DNA of 61,199 bases from the NCBI GenBank assembly GCA_002633005.1, contig NMRA01001064.1, forward strand, positions 1-61,199, written 5' to 3'. The position numbers and the translations under genes were made by a program. How positions within the stretch are numbered: position 1 is the stretch's first letter; each line of letters begins with the position of its first letter. Below are positions 1 to 14,000 of the stretch, one piece after another. A model generated the notes under the pieces. That model worked only from the letters and a program-made list of their open reading frames with translations, searched no databases and had not been told where the DNA came from. Source of the stretch: Phoronis australis. Taxonomy: Eukaryota > Animalia > Phoronida.

Positions 1-1934
1 TTCAGCCTCTGGATATTTTGATTTCTATTCAGAGATAGTTCTTGCCTGGAACTATTTAGTAGAGTGTATCACAAAATTCCAAACCCGAACAACTTTCTTG
101 GGGAAATGACTGCAAAACTGTCGTCGTAAGGCGAGTACCCGGAAGTACTTCTCCAGCCTGAGCTGGTGCCATGCAACATTATCTTTAGAAATAAATCTGA
201 ACATTTTCATTTTATTTTCACTTCCCTTCGCCACCCCCATGTTTGTAAAAAGACACCTAACCAATTAACAAAGAATGCTGGTCTTATAATGCAAAAGTCG
301 GAGAACTTCTAGCCGAGACTAAAACTGTACACTAACACTCAACTGGAATCTCATGCAACATTCAGTCAAATTTAACTTTGCCCTTGTAGTCGAGCACACA
401 CAATAATTTTGTCTGAATTCATATAGTCAAACTTGTGTAACTTTTCCTCATAAGTTTGTTCCAAGGTAAAGTGATGTAAAAGGACTACAAATAATTTTTG
501 CCTCAGATTTATCTGTATGAGTTAGTGATTCTATATTTTTAAAAAAAAATATCTCTATCTATAAGTGTACTAATTTTATCGACATGGATACGTACAACGA
601 AAATTCGCGTGAGTCTCCTGTGCTTCCAGGTCACCACGGAATCGTTGCTTTTTCTGATTTTTGGTTGTTTTATATTTTTGAGACACGATTTTACGATTTT
701 TTAAACAAGTGCATTTTTAATTAGCAAAGCAAGCTTTGACAATAGTAGGCTGGTCTTACGACCGTTGTTAAGATTTGATTCCTCATTCCTGCCTTGCCAG
801 TCAGGGTGATCTGAGAGAAAGCAGTTTATTTCTTTTCTAAAAAAAACACAAAATATGAAACATATGCAGTTATTGGCTACATATTAAGCTTGCTTACAGT
901 CTAAAGACTTGTGTTTTTTGTGTTCAAAGTGTTTTTTTTTTTTTTTTGTTGCTTTTATGCTCTCGCCAAACGTAAAGAAAAACGAGGAAAATACATAAAT
1001 TTGGTAGTTTTCAACTCAAAACCGCTACTCGCATGGGACCACTAGGTACCAGCAGGCAACGCACTCAGAATGCCAAAACACTCCTTACTCAAAAATCGGC
1101 ACGACAATGGATGTCGACCAGACTAAAAAAGCCTGAAGGTACTTGAATTTCCAGCCAAAACTTGCCTTGCTGACAGGAAGTGGTAAAGTGTTTAAGCACA
1201 CAACCACGGTTGGAAGAGAAATATGTCAAAGGGGCAACAAACGGCATTATTTAAAAAAAAACATAAAAAGAGTTTAAAAATGCTATGAGTATCCGCACTT
1301 ATAGTAAATCTTAAAATGCCCTGTCAATCCAGCAGACGCCAATTTCACACGAACGTGAGCGAGGATTGGGGAGGAATTCGATTGTGGCTCAAAAAAACTT
1401 TTCAGTGCTACCAATAAATGTTCGTAATGAAGAGTGACACGTGCCCTATATTTCCCAACGAAGCCAAAAGGAGGCAGAAACTGAACTTCGACGATCGACC
1501 GTAAACATTAGAAAATTGTTGTATTTAATTAGTGAAGTTCGTTGTTCGTTTTCTCGGACGTCCAGATACAACCGCAGCAGACCTGATTCCACCTTTCAAT
1601 CTGCGATCCATGCGCTTAGCGGAGTTGAAGTTGAGATCACAGGTTTTTGACTTGCAGTGTTACAGATTTTCTGGAGACTGCGATTAAACTTTTCTGCCTT
1701 CAGTGATAGAGAATCCAAAGGACACACACGGCTTTGTGTATTTTTGGTACCCGGATCAAACATTGTGATTCTTTTCAGTGTATTACATCCCAAATATTCG
1801 GTGAATTTGGATTTCAGCCTCTAATCCATTAACTTAAAAGTCAGCGCATAAGATATGATTATTTTGCCAGCGGCATTGTCGAGGATGAAAAATCGCCACG
1901 TAAGTTTTATTTACAACTGAATCCTTTGTTTTAG

Positions 1935-2055
1935 ATCCGTATCTGGGCACCAAAGCAGCAATTCCATCAGACGGACTACGCCCTCGAGGTGGCCTCAAAA
2001 GCATATCCCTATTTTGAGGATTTTTTTGGTATCCCCGAGTTGGTTCCAAAAGCAG
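1935..2055 (+). CDS. M1 aminopeptidase exon a (IRIWAPKQQ...[15 protein letters not shown])
   Basis: ttttag acceptor, G/gtatga donor; matches the M1 segment that precedes GAMEN. Confidence 0.9.
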
Positions 2056-5000
2056 GTATGATTCTGAATTTCCTAGCGATCAAGCTGCTTTTTGGTGCAT
2101 TTTTGAAAACGGCGAGTGAGTGTTCCAGCGTTAACGCTGTAAAAATTGTCAAATTTCCTGCATTGCAATGAAGTAATCCGCGTATCGTGATGTAAGAATT
2201 TATCCCCGGAAAATGTCGTGACATGGTTAGTAGTAAAGAGCAAACCATTGTTGGCAGTTTAACTTTCAGGGCCTCATGGGTCTGGTCCATAAAATTAGTG
2301 ATTACCATCCGCAAAGATAAGGGAATCTACATAGGAATACGTGAGAGAAGCTCTCCAGCTATAACTCTCTACGTCACGTGCTGTTCCTGTCTAATTTCAT
2401 TTCGTTGTACACTGATTCTAATTGTGCGTGAATACATTTGCCTAATTCGTGAGCGGTGATTAACTTACAACACACGAAACCATGTTATTGTTTGATTCCA
2501 ACTCCCTGTACGCAAGTCTGCTTTAGATTATGAAATTGATAAATGGTTTCGTACTCTCTTGAACATACCATCCTCAGGGATTATTGCACTTCCATTACAA
2601 CCCCAGATTTAAAGCAATTGTATAGCTTTCATTATTGGGCATGACTACATTGGCTTTTCATATTTTTCCGCTTTGTGATTACCAGTAAATTAACTTTACG
2701 ATCGGTGATGTATAATATACATAAAATACTCGAGGACTTGTCGGGAGTTGAAGTTTCATTTAAACCTGTTTTTAAAGAAATGTTAAATTGACATTATGAC
2801 TACTAACGAATATTAAGGCCAACCTAACACTCATAACTTTGAAATAAAACAAACCCTATGTAGACCTTAGCCAATCCTTAAAGAATGGATCCAAGGTCGA
2901 TATTTTTTTCACACAGTAATGACAGAGTTTTTACTGAACGATGCTTCCATCTTTACGGGGAAGTAACTATTACGCAATAGCAGGTGAAGGGGCTAATGTT
3001 GGATGAAATCGCCAAAACTTGTATAGTATCCTTGAATGTAGGCGAGTCGTAACTCGTTACCCGCCATTGCTGTTTAGGTGCAACATACCCTGTACAAGTA
3101 ATTGTGATGTTCATATTTTCTATATTTGGCTGATCACAATGCAGAACTGACAATGAGGTTCTTCCTCGTTCAATGAAGTGAAACTAATTGTGCTACGTCG
3201 TCTTTCAGATCACGTGGCAATTCCTGATTTCAGCGGAGGCGCCATGGAAAATTGGGGTATTGTTCTATACCGTGAGAGTGCGCTGTTGTTCGACGAGGAG
3301 AAGTCCTCCATCTTCAACAAACATAACATTGCGATTGTGATGTGTCACGAAATTGCACACACAGTAAGCTGGGATGTACTTCAAATGACTGTCAAATGCA
3401 TTGGTCACGTTAGTTTACATCACGAATAATGCAAGGAACCCCTTACCTAAGAAATTCGAAAGAAAATATTTATTAAACGAACAAGCTACGGACATACACA
3501 TGGTACAAAAAAAAAACTTGCTTTTAATTATTTTCGGAAGAGCGATGTTGTCGAAGCCCGAAAGCGAAAGGGACTGCTTTACACTGTTTTCCACTGGTGT
3601 TTCTTTCCTCTGACTTTTTAGTCTCGTGTTACATTGGCGTGTTTTTTCCTGCTTTGATGCACTGTCATCGTCTCGAGTGCAGCCTCTTGAGTATAGTTTA
3701 CATCATTGTCTTCTAGTTCCTTACGGGTTCGGTACTCGATTTGGCGACATCAGATTATGTTTGGCGGCCTGGCAAAAAAAAGTTTCTACAAAGTAGCCAC
3801 TGCGAGTATAACACAGTAATTCCCCCGAAATTCGTTTCAAAGTTTGTGTTAACTTCCAAACTTTAAATTACATTTTTCTTAAGTTTAATACCTTTGGTTC
3901 ACAAGTGTTCCGTTTATTTCGTGAAATCGGTGCATTTGGAACCACAGCAGATAAAACGCATTATACCACAATATTAGCATCAAATGGCAGATGCAACCGT
4001 GTAATAACCCATAAACTTATCTCACTAGTGAGATAACATTTTGGCGGGAAACCGAGGCCGGATTCGAACCCGGGCCTCAAGAGTTGCGAGTCGCCGCCAC
4101 TCAGCGACTGACGTCATCGAACGTGAAAATAGAATACTTAAATGAGCATGCGCAACAATCGCATGTTCAACAAAGGGCATTGTACCGCTATTTATACGCT
4201 ATGAAAAATAAGATGCATAATTTTCATAAAAACGATATCTTAATTCTGTGAAATTTTTCTCTCGTGATCTCTGACTTGTAAATCACCGATCTCCAATTTG
4301 AATGCGGGTATCGTGTCGTCGGGATCCTTTAACTTGAGCATTATACTCAGTTACTATTGGTAACCTACTTTAGCTGACGATATTTTCCCGGTCGAAGCTT
4401 AGCGTGATAAAATGTGTAGTAAGCTATAATAGTTGCTAAACCTTAATTTACAGATTCACTTTTGTTTAAATTGCCAAATAGTTTTGAGTAAAAGCATTAT
4501 TTGACAAAAATAGCTCGACTTTTCTTAAAAGGTCACGACCTCCGAACCCGGGCGTCTGACATAGAAAGTAGTTACAAAGCCGAGGCGAGTCGAGAAAGGT
4601 AGATTGATTCATTGTAATGTTTCTCACTCAGTATGTGGTATAAATAGATTATTACATGTTCTCAGTCGTTATCCCCCTTATCTAGAGCCCTCGTGGATTT
4701 TGCAGAATTCTCCAAAATCCACTCGGGCTCTAGATAACGGGGGATAACGACTTCGCCATGTAATAATTTATATTTACACACGCGCTTACATTACAACACG
4801 AAGTAAACATACGGAAGCCGGAATATTTCGGCAAAATCGAGGATGATTGGTGAAGCACGCGCCTTCAGTTGACGCCCTTGTATGAGTTCTATCTTCGTTG
4901 GCAGCAGGAAGTGAGTTAGAGGATGAATGGTACATATGGGAAAAATTAAAAGGATGCGCGGCATACGTTTTCCTGAACGGAGTACGGCACGAAATTCTTT

Positions 5001-8000
5001 AGTCGACCAGTCTGACGGATCGACGAACGACACTTTTGGCGACCTTAGACTTCGTTTAGCGATCGGAGATTTTCGCCAACAGAGGTCAAGTCCCCAAATG
5101 TGACTTGGGGTCAAGCTAAGTGTCGAGCGCTGGGGTACGTCAAAGATGAGGCAAACCTGTGTATTTAAATTAGCTGAACATAGAAAGAAGGGTTTTACAA
5201 CCTTAACTGGCATTACTTGAGTCGTAATCCAGATGAATAAACCGGGGTGTTGTGATCCCATGCTCATTACTCAAAATACCATGCGAGCAGAACACTTCCT
5301 TTTGGTTTATTGTATAGCTGTGCTTCTATTTTCGAATCTCAGAAGGCTTATCAAAACAGAAGCAACGTGCTAGTGTGATCACGTACGTTGCTTGTAATGC
5401 GTGGCAAGGTCCCTGCGTCTACATAACGTAGCCGTGATCGACATAACTCTTGGAATGCGAGCGGGCGGCGGGAACCGTGACAAGGCTCGGCTGACATCAC
5501 ATCGCAATCGAGGCACGGAAGTCGTCGTACTGTGTTTTAACCAATCAGAGACAGAGGAATGAAATATCAGTGGTCGTGTATTAATCGCTGGTAATGACAA
5601 ATGAAAGTCAGAACCTAGAGACGATCAATGGGAAAAACTTCTACCTTTATCAGAATTGAGCTTGAAATGTTTTAGCTCCGTCCCTGGTTTTCTTAAAGTG
5701 TAGATTTCTTGCGACGTGAAGTGTGTTGTTATTCATTGATGCTCGCAATCTACGATACTCCTCCCTTTGTTCTCACCAGTTAAGAACATAGAGTGACGTG
5801 TCTCCAATCTAAGCATGTCGTTCAGGAAGTCCATTCCATTCATCTATGTGTTAAATGTACATTAGTTTTACTAAACTAAATGTAAAATAAAGTTGAGTCT
5901 GGTGTGGTTGCCATTTGGTGGTTCTCTATCAGTATTCCAAAAATGATGTATTGAATTTTTACTCTAACGAAAGAAAAATAATGCATGCGTTCAAGAAGCG
6001 TCGCTTGACAACTAGCTTGGACTTACCCGCGGTCCATTTCATGAATGTGACTTAAGACAGAAATTTGTTTTTTCTTTTCCTCAGTTGCTCAAAAAGGTTT
6101 AGCCAAATACTTATGAAAACACCACAATCTGCCATAACGTTAAGTAGTTATCTCAGTTACTAGCAAGTAGGTGTAAATTCTTATAGAGTTTCATTCTTCC
6201 AAAATAGTTGTGTGGAGCGTAAGATCAATTTCTGACTTGAGTCTTCAGTCACTTTTCACTAAAATGACTCCTAGTTTATGTTAAAATCGCATTATTGAGT
6301 TTTTAATTAATATAAACGGTGCGGAGAGAGCATCTTTGAACTCGCTGTCAGTCGATCAAAGGACCGCGTAGTGCCCATGGAACACATCGTATTTGTGACA
6401 GACATCGTGGATGTGCGTGTGTGTGTGTGTGTACGTATGTTCGGGCGCAAACACCACATGCACCATTTTTTGTAATTGGTGCAAAAATTAAAAAGTATCT
6501 GAATGTTTGACAGCTATTTCTTTCCAGTGGTTTGGCAACCTAGTGACGATGACCTGGTGGGACGATCTTTGGTTGAACGAAGCCTTTGCTAGCATATTGA
6601 TGTACTTCGCTACTGACCATATTTTTCCTAACTGGGGCTCGGTAAGCAACTACAGTGCAAACCGCGGTCGCTTGGTCAAATGTATGCAACCATGTGCTTG
6701 CTTCACCGCATTCCGATATTGGAAAACATCGTGCCGAAATTGACGAATATACCATTAAGTGACCAAATGGTGTAACCTTTTTACCCTGTTCTCAACTCTT
6801 CTTTGAAACACGGTTTTAGACAACTTCATTTAATGATTTTAATAAAATTCCAAATTAGAAATTATTAAAAATCGTAATGTGTCCTCTGAAATGAGACCAT
6901 TCTTTACTGTAACGAAATTAATGAGACAGTTGGAATGCGATATTTATTTGACTTATCTAATCTTTGTATTTCTTCCTGTAGTTTGACCTTCTCCTTGTGG
7001 ACGACGTACTTCAGGTATTCATACGCGACGCTTTACTGGAATCCCATCCAATATCAACACCAATCAAGGACCCTGGTGACATTCCGCAGTTTTTTGATGA
7101 AATTTCCTATTACAAAGTAAGCTCTTTGACAACGAGATAATCAAACCAACTTCAGCGTAGTTCAGCCTGCAGGCAAGAGCGATTCATACATCCCAAGTTA
7201 AAAAGAACAGTTTTGTGATTTCATCTCAAGCTGATTTGGTCAACTGTCGCGGCACATATAGTCCTCCTCTACAAGGCTTTTATCACGAAACCTCTGTATT
7301 TTGATAATAGCTTTGATTGGTCAAACTAATTGGGTACACTCAAATATCTCCAGCGGCTCTGCAGGGTCAACTGGCTAACAAATTTGATTGGTTCTCCATG
7401 ACGACTTCCAGCTTACAGCCCAATCAGACGTCTCAGATAGTTGACCCTGGAGAATTACTGAAGACATTCAAGTGCAGTCTTTGGCTTCAGTAAAATGGTG
7501 AAAACAAAAGACAGAGTAAATTTGAAGCCGTAATATGCAGAGTTGCAGAAGATTGAGATGTTTTTCAGTAAAATTTCGAATTTCACGACACGAATGACGA
7601 ATGCCATACCCATCTACTACGCTTGGCTGTTGCTTTCTTAATGTTTTTCTTTTTTCACCAGGGCATGGCCGTCTTGCGACAGTTACAAGGCTTTATTGGA
7701 GACGATGTCTTTCGAGACGCACTAAAGGTATCAGCTGCTCAATTTTATAGCTTTCTGTAAACGACTTAACCAACCAGTTTATTTAAGTGACATACTTAAA
7801 AATCGGCGACAATGACTCGTGACTAAAATTTGCAAGTTAATCAAAATAATATAAATTTATCTGAAACAAAACTTCAAGAGTTATTCGGAGATTTTTCATC
7901 AAAATACTTCGGTTTTCTTACATGAATGTGTTTTTCTTTAGCTTTCGGAAACATCTGCGAGGCCAGTAACCTTCGATTTCACCGAATGCACAACCACGTG

Positions 8001-11000
8001 ACCCTTATATATCGCCTTGCTCACAAGCTCACTTTACCTGACACGAAATTTTAGAGCTCCTCCATGATGCCCAACGTACACATTTTACCCCGTCTTTAAC
8101 CAGCAGTACAGGTGTTGGCTAGTTCTACGGCCTTCAGCTAGGAAAGGTCACCACCTCGATCTCAGTTAACTTTGTGTTAAAGTATTTGTTAGGAATCGGC
8201 AATTTATAATAAATCATGAAGACGACAGATTGTGCCAATTTACAGGTGCAGTCAAAGCAGATAACTTCAAGAACTCAATCTTACCTAAAATAACCCGAAA
8301 AGTGCATTTTTGGGTACCAAACCGACTGTGTTCTTTAACTCTGCTTTTTATTTGCCTGAAAATCTCAAATCGTATCGGTATTTCGGCTTTGAAGTAAGCG
8401 AACTTACGACTAGTGGAATTGTTATAAATCTTTGTGGATTAGATAGGCTTGAGCCGGCAACTTTTTTGGTCATCTGGCAAAATGTGCGGTGTAAAGTATG
8501 CTCTCTGTGGCGTTGGGTGTTTACGGTATCATGAGAAAGATCTGTTGCCACAAACTTAATTTGCAATGTTTTGTTCCGTTTCAGAATTACGTGACACTAT
8601 TTAAGTTCAACAACACAGTTCAAAGTCAACTGTGGCAACAATTTACGATAGTAAGTCGGTTAATTGTTAAAGTTATACTGCTGAATGTCTGCACTCAGTC
8701 ATTCCTTTTAGCTTTAAACAGTTGCGGGCACATTTACCAGAGTATCATTACTTTGTTGTTTGCTGTATACCAATGTTAGGTTTGCCTATATATTGTAATT
8801 AGAAATGTTAAGCTGATGCAACTGGAAATGTTTTGTCTCTAATTGTATTGTGTTTTTTTGTTAAGATCTTTACACCTGAATTATTTGGTAAGACACGAAC
8901 CAAACGGCAGAACGAAACCAAGTGAGTTTCATGTGACACAATCGAGTACTTACATTGTATGGAACGTTTTCGACGGTCAGTGGCTGTGGTCAGGCAGGAT
9001 ACGCGAAGGCCTGTTTATTAGGAAAGAGGGCGACAGGGTCGTGAAACGTGACAAAGGTCAATACTCTCTTTCTGACATTTATGATATTGTGTTACATGGT
9101 CCAAGGCGGGAACTTCTTCTCGTGGCCGAATCATTCTGAGGATGACCAGAGTCAATGACAGTTGAAAACATTCAATTTATTTAAGTGCTCGATAGTGTCT
9201 CATGAAATTCGCTTGATATTTGACTCGCCATGAGATTGAACGAAATCACTTCAGGCCGCAAGAAATTTATATGATATTGAGGAAGTCATGGGGTCATGGA
9301 CGCTGCAAATGGGATATCCTGTTGTCATGGTGAAGTCACTAGGAGACGGGAAATTCAACTTAGAACAGAATCGATTTCTGCTGAATCCAAACGAAATATC
9401 AAACCCAGCGGAAAGTCCGTATGAGTAAGTAATTCTCAATATGACCATTCATTTTAGGAAAAACAAGCAAAAGCTCACGAGTTTTCCGTCGATAAAATTT
9501 CTCTAAGAAAAAATCATGTGCTTGCGAATGTAAACAAGTGTGACACCAAGTCATTTTGGAAGCAGATAGAAGTCTTACTAAATCGGGATACTTACGAACC
9601 ATAAAAGTTTCAGTACACAAGTCAGCCATGCGAAAGCGTTTGCGAGCATACAGGGTAAAGCAATGTCGGGCAATCGATAACTCAGTGATTTGTCTCGTGT
9701 TTGTTAAATTATTCGCCTGTTCAATATTTTCATCACTCTGTATTACAACTCCTTTACTGTCAATTAAACCACATGAAATCAAACTATTGGAAATCACACC
9801 GCATCTGATTGTTTAGTGCACGTTTGACACCTGTATGATAATGCCATTCTCTCTTGTAAAGGTACAGATGGCATATTCCTTTCACTTTCACGACATCCAA
9901 CGGGTACCATACAACAGTATGGTTACACAGGGCATCTGGTAAGTTTCGTGTCAATAGTTTTTTTTTGAAATGTAACTTCTCGGCAGTATGTGTTTTTCAG
10001 TACAGCCGTCTGAAAAGCCATCCAAACGCCAGGTTTAAGTTGTCGATTGCCAACGCCTATGTTCATTTTCACTGAGCAGGTAGAAAGGTGTAGGCTTAAT
10101 GAAAACAAAGCATTGTCTTTTTGCCTTGCTTATTCCACCCGAAAAAAATGAGATACCAAAAAATGACCAAAAAATTGCGATCTTAGCATTATTCTCCTTA
10201 TTATCGCAAATTCACGACTGCCCCGGGAAACAAAAAGATCAGAATCCAAATGTTCTTGCAATTAAGAGATTACAAAAATAGGTTAAAACATGTCATTACC
10301 AACCAGATTTCCATTTGTGATTAATTCCTGTCTCCGTGCCAACATTTTCCCACTGAACAAGTATGTGCTTCGAAAATGGCGGGACTTTCTTAGGCAATAG
10401 CAGAGACCAAATTTCTGGACTACATACTCAAAACAATTTCAAGGAACTACTGAGAACAATTTACAGCGATCATTCGTGAACAGTGTATTCAGTTTTCTCG
10501 TTGTTTGAAAATTTTCTAATAAGGTAGCTCTTAAATATACAATTTCCATAGTAAAAATTTGACCGTGATTATTTTTGTTTTAACAGCACAGATTTCCGTG
10601 GGAGATGTGACGTGGCTAGTGGGAAATCTCAACAAAACTGGCTTTTACGTTGTAAACTACGAATCTGACATGTGGACGGCAATCATAGAACAACTGAAGA
10701 ACGATCACACGGTAAACTTCTTGATCTTGATAAAAAACACTGCACATTTATACAGTGCAGGATACTTTTAAGGACATGCAGCTCTAGCCGAGGATAAGGG
10801 AATTTGTGGAATATACTGGTCATATTGAAAACGAAATTCATTTTATGTGTCACTGTTCTGTCTTTGGTGATGTGCACAGAAATTTGCTGACGATTGTGAC
10901 AGATGATGAGTAGTTAGACTATATCAAAGCCAGGATCTTTGCGAACTAAAAAGTCTGGCGTTATATAGTTCATAGTTAAGTTGTAAACTAAACTGTATTA

Positions 11001-14000
11001 TGAGGCCAAGTCTTACATACAATAAACGTTTCTGATTCTGGTTGTGACTTAATGATTTGTTGATTGGTAATATATTTAATTTCGTACTTGACACATGTAC
11101 TGTTTATCATCAGACAAGAAATAACGTATCCGAAAGGAGAACGTTACGTCATCAGCACACATTAAGCAGCAATAGGTTCCCTTTATATGTTTTTGTAAAA
11201 ATAACGGCGAAGGTATGTTTTATTAAACGATTGTAAAAAGATGTGACACTTCCTCTTTAAAAGTGTTGTTTCCTTTTTGTAGGTTTTTGACAAATCGACT
11301 CGTGTTGGCCTGGTAAATGACGCGTTCCTATTGGCAAGAGCCGGTCACATTGACTATACCGTACCTTTGAATCTAACAACCTACTTGATAAACGAGAAAG
11401 ACTATGTTCCCTGGAAGGCGCTGCACAATTCTTTGGATTTTTTAGAAGACATGCTGTCTATTACGAATTTATACGGACACTACGAGGTAATTTTATAGTT
11501 TTCACAAATCAACGTTACGTGAAAGTGAACTTAAAAACTGTCCAATAATTTTCTTCGGTGATTGTGATATCATCTCACCAGGTAAAAACGAAAACTGCGA
11601 GCGCTGTTTTCACGGTTAAATTTGGTTTCACTACGGTTTAATTACGCTCCGCTATGTTTTCGTATTAGTTAATACATAAGATTTTTGAAGACTAAAAAAT
11701 TAAGTGATTTTAACATATTTAGGTGAAAAGGGTTCTTTACCAAAATCGAAATAGGGTTTACTTTAGGAACATGGATGGTAAGTCAACACGCCTAATCCTC
11801 CGTTTTCTTATATTCCATAAAAGGAAAAGGTTGTGACTTTCGAAATAGCCGCGCCATATTAAAATTCTCTAACCCGCCAGATGGCGATCAAGTCTTTGTT
11901 AGACTAGCGTTCAGCGCCACCTGCAGATCCCATGTAATGCGGACAGGAAGTTTCAACCTAGTGGTATGAAAAGTGTTTCAATACATTTCCTGCCACTATA
12001 ATGCCAGCAAATTCCCACTGGTGTGCGGTGGAGTGTACTAACGTCTTATGAAAAAGGGAAAACTTTTTGAAATATCAATGGATGAAAAAGGACATCGTGT
12101 TCCATATATTTCCCACTGCGAAGAAATAGCCGCGACACAGCCACTGACTGCGGCTGATAAAGCGGGAGAATTTTGATCCCAAACGGTGTTACGGTAAAAT
12201 AAATTATTGAACTTAAAGTAATCAATCAATGGGAAGGGCTGACAATGGAACTTTTTCCCTCTGCTTTTATGTTAATGAATCACCGTGTAGTAATTGAATT
12301 TCTGTCCACCAAATCTGAATCAGAATCAATGGGAAGTCACTTTCCTGTCCTCACTATTCTAAAAGAGCGTTAACATGAAAAGTCCCCTATTTTTGGAAAA
12401 CAGATTCCTCTTCAAGGGAGACAATCTAGGGAACAAAGAACAAAAACAAGCTTGTCCTTTAAACAATAAATAAATGTGAACTATACCGAATGGAGAGTGT
12501 TAGTTTCTATGCCGTTAGAAAAGTGACAACAACGTCAAAGTCCTCTGTTGCCCAGGTAATAACTTGAATACCTGTTTAAAAAAGCTATGAGTCAACGCCG
12601 TCCTCTGTCATACACCACTGCGCATTCAATGGCTTTGTCTTCCAATATAATGCTCGTGTTGCCGATGTGAAGATGCAACGAAAGATGGGAAGGACGATGT
12701 TGTAATCAGAAAGAATGGTCATTTTCGTCATAATGGGATTTCAGATCGCGTTTTTGAGTGTCTATGTAGTTTCGCATGTCAAAAGCAGTAACTGTCACTT
12801 TACTTTAACAGCACTAAAGATATTGATATGTAAATCTTACGTGACGTGATGTGGTCTACAAATGACGTGTAGGTCAGACTTAAAAATGTTTGAGTACTAA
12901 AGATGTACTGCTCACGAAAAAAACTAGAAATATTTCAAAATTTCAAAAAAAGAATAAATTCAGCTCCTAAGTATGTATGGTTCAATTCTCACTCGACCCA
13001 ACTGTAGTATTGCCAAGAATGTCCGCTACTTAGATAGTCCTTTGGTCGTATCAATTTCTCGTACGTCGTTCGCATTTTGGGTCTGTCTTTCAAATCTAAA
13101 TAACCTTTTTTGCCCAGCGGCAGTCCGAGCACCAGATTGGATGACAAATCCTGAATCACGATACTTATTATTTTCACATTCTTTCAGGCATATTTAAAAA
13201 TTATAGTCAGTAAACTGTACAGGACGATGGGACACTCCACTACTGGAACCCTTCCGGAAAGACTTCTCAAAAAACTGATTCTCAAATACGCCTGCCAAAC
13301 AGGCGTGCCTGACGCTGTGTCGTATGCCAAGACTATGTTTGAATCATGGATGAAGTATGACAACGTGTAAGTGAAGATTTAAGTTAAGATGTACTGGTTG
13401 AATTTCATATGAACAACAGTTTGAGATAATTCTGACACACATACGTTATAGAGATTTTTGAAGTGCTGCAGTGCAACGTGAAAAAATCGCTAATATTCTG
13501 CAAAAAGATGTAGAAAGTAAATCTGAAATTAAATAAGGCCATCCAGATCCTCCCAAGGATACTATTGTTTCACGAAATGTAGAATATAAATAGGTAAATA
13601 AAACAACAAGAACGGATCAACTATTTATATTTTGCAAAAGTATGTTAACGTTGTTGCAACGCATGTGCATTTGATTTCAGTGCAGATTCTCATTGGGCAA
13701 CGCAACTAAAACAAGGCAACTGGGTTTGCTTATGACTGAAATGAATCGTGCATTTCAAAGTGAAGGGAAGTCCATTCGCCATTTTGGAAATAATTTCATC
13801 GACGTTTTTCATAAAACTGAGCGAAAAAAATGTTGTGCTGCAACTTTTCAAAATTATTGTCTTGTATGGCAACCCTGTGACGTTCTTGTGCAATGGTGTT
13901 CATTTTACTGACCACGTGATTGAATCTTCGGTGTCAATATCTTCTGGAATTCTTTCTCTGTGTCCTGCCAATCATCGTTACGTACATGTGCGACTAATAA

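Noticed and set aside
1-1934. Upstream aminopeptidase exon (MSTYL-type motif)
   Set aside because: None found; earlier exons presumably lie left of the window.
2953-3153. Antisense APKQQW echoing APKQQF of exon a (inverted exon duplication?)
   Set aside because: The similarity does not extend beyond five residues.
4043-4111. Functional tRNA gene
   Set aside because: Only the T-arm/B-box is convincing; acceptor and D stems do not form.
4791-5267. 158-aa minus-strand ORF
   Set aside because: No domain or splice support. The region may be an old element relic, but I could not identify it.
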